Source of the DNA: Octopus sinensis
Taxonomy: Eukaryota
NCBI RefSeq assembly: GCF_006345805.1
Contig: NC_043013.1
Coordinates: 12,462,001 to 12,526,000, forward strand
DNA length: 64,000 bases
Direction: 5' to 3'
Notes under the pieces: model-generated
What the model was told of the DNA's origin: nothing
The model's database searches: none
What the model saw: only the letters and a program-made list of their open reading frames with translations
Position numbers and translations under genes: made by a program
Shown here: positions 37,777 to 50,717 of the stretch, piece after piece
How the letters are laid out: every line of letters begins with the position of its first letter
Position numbering within the stretch: position 1 is the first letter of the stretch

Positions 37777-38523
37777 TTAAGACGAGATGACAGAAACATC
37801 AACTCTAAAATCTTTTTAGCTATAGGCAACAAGACCTGAAATTTTGCAGGGAAGGGAGCTTGTCGATATTATATCAACCCTGGTGCTCAACTGGTACTTA
37901 TTTTTATGAAACCCCGGAAGGATGAAAAGCCAAGTTGACCTCAGCAGAATTTGATCTCAGATCATAAAGCCATGAAATGCTGCTAATCAGTTTGTCCAGC
38001 TTGCTAACCCCCTGCCAGTTCAAATTTTTCGTTATTTTTCAAAATTAATTGAAACAAAGGCTCTGTATTTTAAGGGAGAGAGACGTAGTAACAAAAGGGT
38101 TAACTAAAATACCAGTTAACTGCTAGGGGCCAATCTAATCGCCTGTTCCCTCATCCAAAGTGTGTGGCCTTGCTTTAAGCTGTTTATTTTTAAAAAATCA
38201 TGAAGAACCCAGAGTGGGGTACAATTTGGCAGTTCCAATGTTAATTAAGCTTCGTTTTTCTCCCAGACTTTTCTTTGAAGGTTCTACGATTACCCCCAAC
38301 CCAACGCCCCTCCTTACACACATGCTCACCACTACATTCACCTTCCTCTTTTTGTGGACCCTAAATGCCTTCAGTCTGTAGAAGTAGGGTGGGGAGGGGG
38401 CTTTATCAGCTTATCTTCATTTCTACAGATTTGGTTCCAGACTTCTAAAGTTACTGGCAGCAAATAGTGTGTATATGTCTATGTGTGTGTGTGTGTGTGT
38501 ATATATACACATACATACATACA

Positions 38524-38569
<46 letters not shown>

Positions 38570-38663
38570 ATATATATATAGTTTGTATCCCATATATTGC
38601 ATAAATTCTCTTTGTGTTGTCTGTATAAGTAATTTCCTATTTTTGAGGTGTGTTTGTGTGTGG

Positions 38664-38708
<45 letters not shown>

Positions 38709-38782
38709 CACACACACACATCACACACGTGTGTATGTGTTTATCTATATACATAATGAGGCCAAAAGAGAAAGAGAGCACA

Positions 38783-38813
<31 letters not shown>

Positions 38814-38884
38814 TCATTGCTATATATGCACACACACACACACACACATGTATACATTTACAGGTGTGGATGTGTATATAAAAG

Positions 38885-38925
<41 letters not shown>

Positions 38926-39415
38926 TCTGCATGCTCATTTCTCCTACGTGTGTTATTTCAATGTTTGAGCCGTATGCATCAAGGACCATGTCTGCTTGCG
39001 TACACGTATGACAACATGTGTGTGTGGTGTGTGTGTGTGTATGTATGTATGTGTGTGTGTGTGTGCATGTATGTATGTGTGTGTGTGTGCATGCGCACGG
39101 GCCTAATTTGAGGACTTGTGTTTCAAACACCTGGTCTATGACACTGATAAGAGCAAGCTTAACAGGACTGATAACACTTAAGTCCTGCTGGTACCTCTCA
39201 CTCTCTCTCTCTCTCTCTCTCTCTTCCCTTTCTATCTGTCTACCCACCCTTTCTATATCTATCTATCTATCTATATATCTATCCTCTATGTATCTCTCTA
39301 TCTCAATATGGATTAGCTGGCTGTATACAAGGCAGCGACTGTGGTGCTTTCTTGCTACAGACTTTTATATCTCTTTGTCCACAAGACTCAATCAACGTGA
39401 AGAAATAATAAACAT

Positions 39416-39425
39416 GTGACGTCAC
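39416..39425. promoter_or_regulatory. Perfect palindromic CRE-type site GTGACGTCAC
   Basis: In non-repetitive sequence, overlapping a CATGTG E-box and next to a GGCGGCGGCGG tract. Motif evidence only. Confidence 0.3.
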
Positions 39426-39584
39426 CCAGCATAGGTGAAGGTGAAGGTGGTGGTGGCGGCGGCGGTGCGGTTGTTCCTTTTTTTTGTTATTTTTTTTTAT
39501 AATTAATTTTTTTTTTATTTCTAGGTTAAGAAGAAATGTGAGATGATGTGATATTGCATTTACACCTTCTGTTAGGGTCTTGTA

Positions 39585-39630
<46 letters not shown>

Positions 39631-39965
39631 GGCGGTGGTGGTGGTGCTGGTGCTAGCGCTTAACCAGTACTGACTGATACAGGATGGGACAAGCTTTTTT
39701 AACATGTTCCAAGTTCAAATCTCACCTTGGCCAACTTTGCTTTTTGTCCTTTCAAGAGTTGATAAAATGCTGTACCAGACAAGTATTGTGGCTGATGGTG
39801 TCAACCATCTCCCTTTCTCTCAAAATTTCATACCTATTTCTTTACTACCCACAAGGGGCTAAACACAGAGAGGACAAAGAAGGACATAATTTCATACCAT
39901 CTGACTAAATCAGAAGCCATTGTTGTTGTTGTTGTTGTTTTTGTTGTCGTTGTTGTTGTTATTAT

Positions 39966-40430
39966 TGAGTGAGAGAGCAGCACATGCCATCGAAGTGATA
40001 CTGGGGTATAAATATACGATACCCATCATGACTACCTGTCTGATAAGGGTACTCCAGGCACCTGCATCACCAACCATATGTATGTGACATGGTGATCTCA
40101 TATCATGATAAACAGCACAAGATCTTGCAGGCAGGTAGGGCTCATTTAGAATTTTACATCAAGTTGAGTAGCCCATCCTGTTCAAAAGATTCCTGAATAA
40201 AGATTGTTTAAGGATGATGAACAAAACACTCTTGTTTCCAGTGGTGAATTATTCAAACCCTAAAGAATCTCTCTCGACACATGGCTATGATGTTCCCTCA
40301 CTACTTCTGCTCATGATCAAAGATGCACATATTGTCAGCCACTAAGGGACATGCTCAACTAATTAAGGTCAAGCAACTGACAAGCAAATATGTGGTACTG
40401 AGCAGAATATTTACTGTAACCCATCTTTCA
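39966..40430 (+). mobile_element. Retroelement-derived repeat family D
   Basis: Homologous to 48657-48915 (tgagtgagagagcag.catgccatc.aagtga...catcatgactacc.gtctgataagggtac). Confidence 0.75.
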
Positions 40431-40771
40431 CACTTACCCTACAGTGTCTTTCTAAAAAAAATAGACAATCATATAATCAAAATTTCAAAACGAGATAATG
40501 CATGATTAATTCGGAACAATGTGAATAAATAAGAATTGCATTTGGCAGTAACTGGAATGTTAAAGGGTTACAGGCATTCTACCCAGGACCATTATTTTAA
40601 GACATTCAAGAGTGACTTGGAATAGGTTTTGCTGTTATTTCTGGTAAACTAAGTGACCACATAGAGGGGGTGTCTTGCTGCATTAATTTATGTCTGCATA
40701 GGAACCCTCTTTGGTTCCTATTTTATTTGGGTGAACCCTTATAACCATCTAGTGTTTTAAAAATCCTGTTA

Positions 40772-41139
40772 TCTCTCTATATATAAACGGCAAAATGTCT
40801 GTGTGCATGTCCTTTATACAAATCCACAATTTTTCAGTTAGAGGGCTCGCACTTTCTATGGTCATTCAAAACCGTCCAAGGATGGTCGTGCACATCTTTA
40901 CATTTCCCCAGTCACCCCGCAAAGCCATTAAAAGATCAATAGAAGTGACTTTTTTGTGAATTTTCTATCCAAAACCCAATCAAAATGCCCGAAACTTGAT
41001 ACGCCATTTGAAAGCTTGCTAGCTGTATGTGATTGGTCGGAGATTTGGACAGTACTCGCGTGTATATGCGCACGCACGCACGCAGCTGTATATGCATGCA
41101 CTAGCACTACGACCCGGCATTGCTGGATCATAGTGCTAG
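40772..41139 (+). mobile_element. Non-autonomous Helitron
   Basis: A|TC start, subterminal hairpin ccggcattgctgg, CTAG|T end. Inserted in an AT dinucleotide with no TSD. Confidence 0.82.
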
Positions 41140-41236
41140 TACTCTTATAATTCAGTATCATTATTTGGAATTGTATTAAAAAAAATTCTAATATTTGTTC
41201 ATCTCATTGCTCTTTGTCTTTTTTTCTTTTCTTCAG

Positions 41237-43734
41237 ATTCTGTGAATAATACCGATGATGAATATCTCTTGAAATGTATGCACTGCAAGGAATCTTTCAG
41301 TCAAGAATCTCGGTTGCATTCTCACATTAAAGCAATGCATTCAGAGAAGTCTGTGAAATTCATGTGTTCGAAATGCGAAGAGACATTTACGCTGAAATCC
41401 CAGCTTGATAACCATATGGAACTGCATTTGGCCACTTCACAGACTTGTACTGTCTGTAAGAAAACATTTGCCAATGTCTACCGACTTCAGCGCCACATGA
41501 TCAGCCACAATGAGAGCACATCGCTACGGAAATTTAAGTGCGAGGAATGTGGCAAAGCGTTCAAATTCAAACATCATCTCAAGGAACACATTCGTATTCA
41601 TTCTGGAGAGAAGCCTTTTGAATGTTCCAACTGCCGGAAACGGTTCAGCCACTCCGGTTCCTACAGCAGTCACATGACCTCCAAAAAATGCTGGGTCGTG
41701 AACATGAAGAGTCGTCGGATCGACCACAATGGTAACGCAGGTGACTCTGTTCCATATTCTCCGGCCTCTAAAAATGGACATAGCCAGTCGGCCATCTCTT
41801 TGCAAAAATCCTCAGGCAGTCTTCCACGACAATTAATTACATATGATAACCCCAACTCTAGCCTTCCAAAATTCTTTCCTAATGCTTCTTCATACATCTC
41901 ATATCCCATGTACCCTCAGAAGGAGAACCTTTCCGACAGAATCGCGCCACTAACCAACCAGACTATTGCACATTCTAATTCCTCAAAAGTATCTTTTAAT
42001 CAGAAGCCTTCTCTAACAAAAAATACAAAACTCTCACCTGACATGAACTCAAACATGCAGCCTTTATCGATGGTAGTCCTGAAGAAACCTGACAGTCCTG
42101 CCGTACCCTTGCAGTCACAAGTGACCTCTCCGCCTCTTGACGAACAAGTCATCAAAACTGAGCCATCAGACCAGTCGGAGGTCATCAAAGTTTTAAGTAG
42201 TGTCAATATTAAGAAGGAAAATTCTAAAGACGGTTTTCCAGTAACCGACGTCATGCAAGAGAAGCACTCCGATTCCCCTCCTCTTCCTCCATCCAACTTT
42301 GTAGATGCCAAAGATGTTGATCTCACATGCCGATTTTGTGCATCAGCCTTCCGCAGTCCTGTGGCACTGCACCAACATGAACGCTATCTATGCAAATCCA
42401 ACAAAGATATCGTGCATAGAGTTACCAACTTGGAGGTAACGTCGTGCAACAGTCCGAGTAGTACAACTTCCTCGTCGGAAATGATTAAACGCGAGACACC
42501 AAACGGCAGTTTGGAGAACGGCACCGATGAGGAGGAAGCAGAGGAAATTTTCAAAGAGGAAAACCTCGATAAGAAGTTCCGTATGCGTTCCATGATAAGC
42601 GACGACCAGCTGCAGGTTCTGAAGAAATATTACCAGCTCAACCCTCGACCTCGTAAACATGACCTGATAAAAATCGGCAATGAAATTGGTTTCCCGAAAC
42701 GCGTGGTGCAGGTTTGGTTTCAGAACATGAGAGCACGAGATCGTAAGAAAGGTAAAAATGTCCCGTATTTCCCCGCTATGGCTCGTTTCAAACAACAGGA
42801 GGATTCAGCAACCACGTCCTCCACATGGAAAGAGCCAGTAAAATCTACTAATTCGGCCTACATCCCTGTGGTTCCACATTTCAATAATTCTGTCCAAATT
42901 CCTTCTGGAATTCCACCATCATCATCGCCTTCATTTCCAGCTCATTCACATACAAAAGTAAACGGTCAGTTTAACGCTGCCACCGAAAACCGTGATGCCT
43001 TGTTCAATAACCAGGACCAACCTTTAGATCTTAGTCTGAAAAGAGAACCCCCCAGAGCTCACAGTGGCCACAAACCAGTCAGTAGCAATGCCTATAATTC
43101 CCATCCTCCTCCTGCTACTCCCAGTCAGAATTTTGATAACGAAGTTCTAAACCTAAGTTGCCGATCTCCTATCAGTGTCAAGCAAGAACATGTAGATGGC
43201 GCAAGCTCTGCTCAAAGTAGCTTCCAGGAATCTGCTCTGTATAAATATATGAAGCAAGAAGGAATGATTGTTAACAAGCCAGCCCTTAACCAAGACGCGA
43301 CCTCGTTAAGCAAGCTTTCCCATTCCAGTCCCATTCCAGCCGCGATGCAAGACTCTCTCACATCACCTTATCGCTCCAGTGGCAAATCCATTGCCAGTGG
43401 GGAGAACGAAAGCAAACCCAAAGTTCCAAAGTCTGAGTTGAAGCAGCCCGATGACTCGTCAATGTCAAGTGATGGTTCTATAGACAGCGTTAGTAATCGG
43501 TCTCTCGTCATTGACGAGAGTAAATTCCACAATGAGAAAAGCGACGGTGACTGTCTTTCTGATGATGATGATGAAGATGATGACGATTCCGACGAAGATG
43601 ATTCTCCACCAAGACTGTCAAATGGTTTGTCCGATGGTAATCTCACTCCTTCCAAGATGAGAGAAGACAACCATCAGACAAATCCAGATGGCACCAAAAA
43701 ACCAAAACGATTACGCAAGAAGTCTTGGAAACAG
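41237..43734 (+). CDS. zfh1: zfh1/ZEB large central exon: N-terminal zinc-finger cluster, isolated CCHC finger, homeodomain, CtBP motif
   Basis: Acceptor ttttcttcAG (41236) and donor CAG|GTTAGT (43735). It encodes four C2H2 fingers plus the ZEB-signature CCHC finger ([46 protein letters not shown]), a homeodomain at ~42571-42753 (VVQVWFQNMRAR), PLDLS at 43021-43035 and VLNLS at 43144-43158. Confidence 0.97.
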
Positions 43735-44282
43735 GTTAGTGTTTCTTTGGCTATTATTATGATTGTTGTCTTATCTACTAATTTCTAATTAACTTATTAA
43801 ATAAGATTTTACTTTGTCTTGTCTTCAAGTAGTATAGGTAGACTGATTGCACTTTGCACAATGGAAGTCATTTATTCTGATCACTTAATGTTATCAGTCA
43901 GTTATTGTTATCTAGAAGGCGCCATCTTAAAGTGATCACAATAAGCATTCTTCTAGCTTTCTCTCACTTTCTCTATCTATCTCTCTCTCATTCCCTCTCT
44001 GTGTGTATGTATATATGTAAACCAACTCATAAGCTCCATTGGTATTCTTCAGAAAATAAAGGGATTCTTGAATGCAGGAAGGCTGAGAACACAGCTTAGA
44101 AAATCAGTTAAATACCCTTAAAAGATAGTATGGGCAGCAAGCCTCCCCTGGGTATTTTCTGGTCATTTTTTTTTTCTATCTTCTAAAGGGTGTTTACCCT
44201 ATTTTCTAAGCTATCTTCACAGCCTTTCTGCATTCACAAATTTCTTTATTTATGTGGAATGTGTGTGTGTGTATCATTATCG

Positions 44283-44485
44283 TCATCATTTAATGCCCGT
44301 TGTTCATGCTGGCATGGGTTGGACGGTTTGACTGGGCTGGCACGTTTAAAGGCTGCACCAGGTTCCACTCTGATTTGGCTTGGTTTTCTAAATCAGACTG
44401 GGGCCTGGTGTAGCCTTCCAGCATGCCAGCCCAGTCAAACCTTCCAGCCCATGCCAGCATGGACAACGGATGTTAACTGATGATA
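44283..44485. repeat. Foldback formed by two inverted family C copies (~96-bp arms, 9-nt loop)
   Basis: 44283-44378 pairs with 44388-44485; loop cttggtttt. Confidence 0.88.
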
Positions 44486-44758
44486 AGGATGAGAATAAAT
44501 ATGTATGTGTGTGTGTATATATATATATAAATACCCACACACACACTTGTATAGTGTTCACTGTCAGAAGAAAGAGTACTCAAAAACTGTAGGGATTTAA
44601 TATTTTCATTTTGGTCAAGTCAATCCCTTGCTACTCTGAGTTCCCCCTGTGGATACACAGGGCTTTCAGGCATCCTGAAGACCCAGTTTACTCACAGACA
44701 AAAAACTCAGTGTAACAAGAGACTGATGCAACGATGATGGTTATGGTGTATATATATT

Positions 44759-44795
<37 letters not shown>

Positions 44796-44816
44796 ATTAA
44801 GGGTCACATTTAACCA

Positions 44817-45018
44817 CTAGTTCTCAACTATCTTTTTTTTTTTTTACCTATGGACCCTCTTTAGTTCCTATTTTACTTGGGTGAACCCTCATAACTATTT
44901 AGTGTTTTAAAAAGAAGTATAACCAATTATTGCACATGATTCTTACCAAGAAAATCTTTGGAACCCCCCTGCCCCCTCCCTCCCCGGGGGCCACATGGAT
45001 CCTGGTTGAGAACCACTG
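44817..45018. mobile_element. hAT-like MITE (CAGTGGTTCTCAACC-type TIR)
   Basis: Left end CTAGTTCTCAACT, right end GGTTGAGAACCACTG. No clear TSD. Confidence 0.65.
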
Positions 45019-46117
45019 CTTTCAACAAATAAGCATTTGACCTTTTCACACCTGATTAGAATCTGAATCACACCCTAAAATATTCCAGATTTCACCAACC
45101 ACCTGTTGCTTTTGTAGTTCTTTAGAAAGAGTTTGATTTGAAACCCTTGTGCTCCTTGTCACATCACCCTCAAACAGAAATACCATTATTGCCATTGTCC
45201 TTGGCTACTTTCTCCCCTCCCTTCCCCAGACTCTCTGAATTAAACAATTTGACCCATACATGCTTCATTGGAACTACCTGCTCAACCTTGGTATTGGTGC
45301 AAAGGTGTGGCTAAGGTAAAAATAAATAAATAAAAATAAGATAAAAAGATTTCTTTGAATTCTTTTGATTTCTTTGAAATCTTTTTATTTTACTTTTATT
45401 TATTTATTTATTTTTTTTTACCTTAGCCACACCTTTGCACCAATACAAACCAAAACCATATTTAAAAAAGAAAAAAAAAACCCCATTAACCCCACCACCA
45501 CCGCCACCACATACACTTCCCTGACTGCTATTCCTTCACCTCACCTCTTCCCTACAACTTGACCATAGCACCCTCCTGTTTCTCAGAACATATATAAAAA
45601 GGAAGAACCCCCCCCCACCACCACCGCCTCATCCAAAAAAGAAGAAACTTACTTCCCAAAGAAAGGGGCGGGGGGGGGGGGTGAAATTCTTTCCTGCTTT
45701 TTGTTTCTTTCTCTCTGTTTTTTTTTTTTTGTTTTTTTTATTCCCATCTCTTTCACTGGTATTTTGACAACTTTATCTGATGAAGAATAAAGCTTAGTGT
45801 GTGTGTGTGTAGGAGAAAAAAATATTCTATCCAAATTCTTCTTCTGTATCATGTAGAATTGCCAAAATATTTTTGGAGGGGAAGATAAATCACACACTTT
45901 GTCAATTTTTTTTTTTTTTTTTTTTTTAGTTTTACTTTTATTTTCATAAACTGTCTTTCCAAAGAGAGTAAACAAGGTTTACTTCAAAAATCCTCTTCCT
46001 CCCTACTCGCCCACCCCCACCTCATCACAGCATCACCATCATCATCATCATCATCGATGACAGAACCACATTCTAAACCTTGTCCGCCTCTCTCTTTCTC
46101 CTTCTCCCCCTCTCTCT

Positions 46118-46169
<52 letters not shown>

Positions 46170-46442
46170 CAAGTACACACACACACACAAAAGGAATGTG
46201 ATAAGACAAACACAGATATGGCTGTATGATTTAAGAATTTCGGTTCCTGGCCTCATGATATATAATTCCAAATTTGATTCCACTGCAGTTTCTATCTGCC
46301 AAATCTACTCACAAGAGTGAGTTAAGCTCAGGGGTTACAGTAGAAGACACTTGCCCAAGATTACTGCACGGTGGAATTGAACTTGAAAGCAGAATGGTTT
46401 CTTGCTGCTCTGGGAATTTCACTTGTGTACTCTGACGATCAT

Positions 46443-46882
46443 AACTTCTTAACTTGCCCTGCTGACCCCCTGTGGGTACACAGGGACAGTGAAACTCCCT
46501 GAGTAGCGAGAGACTGACTCAATCAAAGTTAACTTCTTAACTTGCCCTGCTGACCCCCTGTGGGTACACAGGGACAGTGAAACTCCCTGAGTAGCGAGAG
46601 ACTGACTCAATCAAAGTTAACTTCTTAACTTGCCCTGCTGACCCCCTGTGGGTACACAGGGACAGTGAAACTCCCTGAGTAGCGAGAGACTGACTCAATC
46701 AAAGTTAACTTCTTAACTTGCCCTGCTGACCCCCTGTGGGTACACAGGGACAGTGAAACTCCCTGAGTAGCGAGAGACTGACTCAATCAAAGTTAACTTC
46801 TTAACTTGCCCTGCTGACCCCCTGTGGGTACACAGGGACAGTGAAACTCCCTGAGTAGCGAGAGACTGACTCAATCAAAGTT
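46443..46882. repeat. Perfect tandem array, 5 x 88 bp
   Basis: Units start at 46443, 46531, 46619, 46707 and 46795 and are identical by eye. Confidence 0.97.
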
Positions 46883-46924
46883 AAAATATTTTTAATCTCT
46901 ACTAGGACATTGAGCACTCTTTCA

Positions 46925-47290
46925 TGTGTGTGTGTGTGTGTGGAAGCCGGCTGCTATGTATATATGTGTGTGTATTTGTATATATGTGTTTAAATGTATA
47001 TATGTATGTATATGTGCACATATATGTATATATTTGTGTTTGTGTGTATATATATGCATGAATGTATGTATGTATGTACATATATATGTGTGTGTGTGTG
47101 TGTGTGGAAGCCGGCTGCTATGTATATATGTGTGTGTATTTGTATATATGTGTTTAAATGTATATATGTATGTATATGTGCACATATATGTATATATTTG
47201 TGTTTGTGTGTATATATATGCATGAATGTATGTATGTATGTACATATATATGTGTGTGTGTGTGTGTGTGTATGTATATATACATATATT

Positions 47291-47321
<31 letters not shown>

Positions 47322-47690
47322 GCATGTGCATGCATATTATATATAAGTGTGTGTGTATATAGATATATGCATCAAATATGTATATATATGTGTGTGTGTA
47401 TTTGTATATATGTGTTTAAATGTATATATGTATGTATATGTGCATATATATGTATATATTTGTGTGTGTGTGTATGCATGAATGTATGTATGTATATACA
47501 TATATATGTGTGTGTATGTACATATACATATATTTGTGTGTGTATATATATGTGTATATATATATATATATGTGTGTGTGTGCATGCATATTATATATAA
47601 GTGTGTGTATATAGATATATGCATCTATGTATATATGTGTGTGTGTATGTGTATATACTTTCGTGTGTGTGTGCATATCAGCCCTAAATT
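46925..47690. repeat. Complex minisatellite, ~160-bp unit (tggaagccggctgctatg anchor in two copies, then degenerate copies)
   Basis: Direct inspection. Confidence 0.85.
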
Positions 47691-48036
47691 CTTTCTCCTA
47701 TTTCTTTCGTGTGTGTCAGATTTCTAAACCAACTGCTTTAATTAACAGCATGTAATTAAAAAAAGGAATAATATGAGATGGCAATGCAAAGAAGAAGAAA
47801 AAAAATTAAAATAATTAAATAAATAAATAAATAAATAAACTAATCTCGTAGGGTCTGCCTCTGCTTCCCTTCAACCCCCACCCCACCCCTACGCACATGC
47901 CCATATATTCTTGGTAGGGATTTGGGGTTAGGAATTGAGGGAGTAACATGATGTCATGTCTGAAATTTGTTAGCTTAGTTAAACCCCGGAATATCAAATG
48001 ATTGAAATTTGTTGATCCATGTCCAAGTAGTCTGGA

Positions 48037-48084
<48 letters not shown>

Positions 48085-48085
<1 letters not shown>

Positions 48086-48395
48086 GGCAGTGAGCTGAAT
48101 TGTTAAGCATGTCACTCAAAGTGCTTAGCAGTATTTCCCCTGTCTCTTTACATTCTGAGTTCAAATTTCATCAAAGTCGATTAAAGTAAGCACCAGTTGA
48201 ACACTGTGGTTGATGTAATTGTCTTATCCCTTCCTCTTAAAAAAAAAAAAAAAATTGCCGGCCTTGTGTTAAAATCTGAAAACATCATTATTATTATTAT
48301 GCGAGTGAGCTGGGAGTATCAATAGTACACCAGACATAAATGCTCGGGGGCATTATGTTCTGAGTTCAAATTCTGCCGGGGTCAACTTTGTCTTT
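48085..48395 (+). mobile_element. Two partial SINE family B copies
   Basis: aaggcagtgagctg...ctgagttcaaatt occurs twice. Confidence 0.7.
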
Positions 48396-49629
48396 CATCA
48401 TCATCATTTAACATCCGCCTTCCATGCTGGCATGGGTTGGATGGTTTGACAAGAGCCGGCAGGGCAGAAGCCTGCACCAGACTTCTGTAAGTGTTTTGGC
48501 AGGATTTTTACAGCTGGGTGCCCTTCCTAAGACATACCAGCTGAGCACTGGGGTTGATGTAATCAACCAGTCCCCTCATCCGAAATTTCAGGACTTGTGC
48601 CTATTGTAGAAAGGACTATCATTGTTGTTGTTATTATTATTATTATTATCGTTATTGAGTGAGAGAGCAGTGCATGCCATCAAAGTGACTCTGGGGTAAA
48701 ATATACAAATCCCAGTATACCCATCATGACTACCCGTCTGATAAGGGTACACTAGGCACATGCATTACAACCACATGTGCGCAACATGGTGATCTCGTAT
48801 CAAGATAAACAGCGCATGACCTTGTGGGTGGGGCCCAGTTAGAATTTTCTTCAGGTCGAGTAGCCCACCCTGCTCAAAAGGTCCCTGGAATAAGGGTTGA
48901 ACAAAACACCCGTGTTAGGGGAAACTGCTTTTAAAAGTGTGTGGCACATATACGCATGGCCACTGACACAAGCATGGATGTGTGAGAGACAATAGTTACT
49001 TCTTCCTAAAATCACATTCTGACGTCTTAGCATTTGGAAAGATATATTGTTTGATGTAATCTTAAATAAACTATGTCTGAATAAAAGACAGGGTGGTCAC
49101 AATTTGGACTCTTTTGATCATGAAAGTATTCTCAAATATGAAAGAAATTTCCTACTCTGCATTTACCCTCTGTGTGTGTGTGTGTGTGTGTCTCTCTCTC
49201 TCTCTCTCTGTGCAAAGGGGTAGTATTTTGTCCCTTTTTTCTTTCAAACTAATAAAGAGCATGTACACATACAATAGCAATCAGTTAGATATACGCAAAC
49301 TTGACTTCAATAGAAATGAGAATATGTGCATCTTTCAGTTTAGATATTGGGTTGTCAAATAAATTCATTTGTTTCTATTCCAATGTTATTGGAATTCTTC
49401 GAGTCAAGACCCTGTGGTTTCTGCCATCAAATCATTTGACAAGCTAGTGGAACTTTGGCAGGAATTCACACAAACAACAAAGAATAAATTCTCAAAATTA
49501 TTTCTTAAAATTGTTAATAAAAAAAAAAAAAAACAAGGATTAAGATAAATAAATAAAGAGATTAATGACTTTATCTGATAACCCAACAATAGTTGCAGAC
49601 TCGCTTCTTGTTGTAGTGTTGATCCTGTA

Positions 49630-50251
49630 CAGTGGTTCTCAACCTTTTTTAATATTCGGGGCCAAGATCCAAAACCTGGATTTTTTTTCAGGGGGCAGCA
49701 CTAAAATATAAGTACAAAATAAAGACGCATGTCAATTACAGAAAGATTTTTTATATTTAAAAATTTCTTTATTGCCCACAGGGGGCTAAACATAGAGGGG
49801 GGAAAACAGGGGAATAAGTCGATTACATCGACCCCGGTGCGTAACTGGTACTTATTTCATCGACCCTGAAAGAACAAAAGGCAAAGATGACCTCGGCGGA
49901 ATTTGAACTCAGAACGTAAAGACAGACAAAATACCTATTTCTTTATTACCCACAAGGGGCTAAACACAGAGGGGACAAACAAGGACAGACATAGGTATTA
50001 AGTCGATTACATCGACCCCAGTGCGTAACTGGTACTTAATTTATCGACCCCGAAAGGATGAAAGGCAAAGTCGACCTCGGCGGAATTTGAACTCAGAACG
50101 TAAAGACAGATGAAATATGGCTACGCATTTCGCCCGGCGTGCTAACAGTTCTGCCAGCTAACTGCCTTTTATTATATTTAAAGAGGGGGTGGCGTTTGGA
50201 GGCAACTCAAGGGCCACTTGTGGCCCTTAGGGCTACGGTTGAGAACCACTG
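49630..50251. mobile_element. hAT-like MITE containing two nested tandem family B SINEs (~49768-50160, minus)
   Basis: Perfect 15-bp TIRs CAGTGGTTCTCAACC / GGTTGAGAACCACTG. Confidence 0.82.
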
Positions 50252-50717
50252 TTCTATCTGCTTTTACTCCTTCAGTAATGTTTCCTTGTATTTACTCCTT
50301 TTGCTAATGTTTTGTCTGTTTTCTTGTTGTAGTTGTTGTTTTTTTTTATGATTCTTCCACTCCACCCCTTTCCCCTTTTTGTTGTTGTGCTAACATTTAT
50401 ATTCTTTGTCTTTAATACTAACATCTTTTTCTCTTATACTCTCCTTTATTGCTTTGTTTTTTTTTTAAGTACTCCTTATATTCCTTTCATGAATGTAGAG
50501 ACAGAAAGAGTATTAACAAAAACTGATGATCGTTTTCTACCATTCTATCATTTTTGGTATTCTTTTCTTAAAATTCTATAATGTGTACTAATACTAGACC
50601 AATTCCATGCATTTTATGATCAGTGGCTCATATTTAACTAAGGTGTAAAATCATTCAAATTTCTTCCCATCATGCACCACCTTCAACAAGCAAAAATCAA
50701 CTTCCCCTTTTTCCCAA

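Noticed and set aside
39386-39434. Possible 49-nt cassette exon (acaAG...atag|GTGAAG)
   Set aside because: Weak donor, frame-shifting length and no coding similarity; kept only as a regulatory motif region.
41524-43670. Minus-strand ORFs overlapping the large exon
   Set aside because: Shadow frames of the plus-strand ZEB exon.
46443-46882. CRISPR array or tandem hammerhead retrozyme
   Set aside because: The units are identical with no variable spacers and there are no cas genes in this eukaryotic locus. CTGACCC...GAAAC lacks the GA of the CUGANGA core.
49622-50259. 8-bp TSD for the hAT-like MITE
   Set aside because: The flanks atcctgta and ttctatct do not match, so the superfamily call rests on the TIR only.
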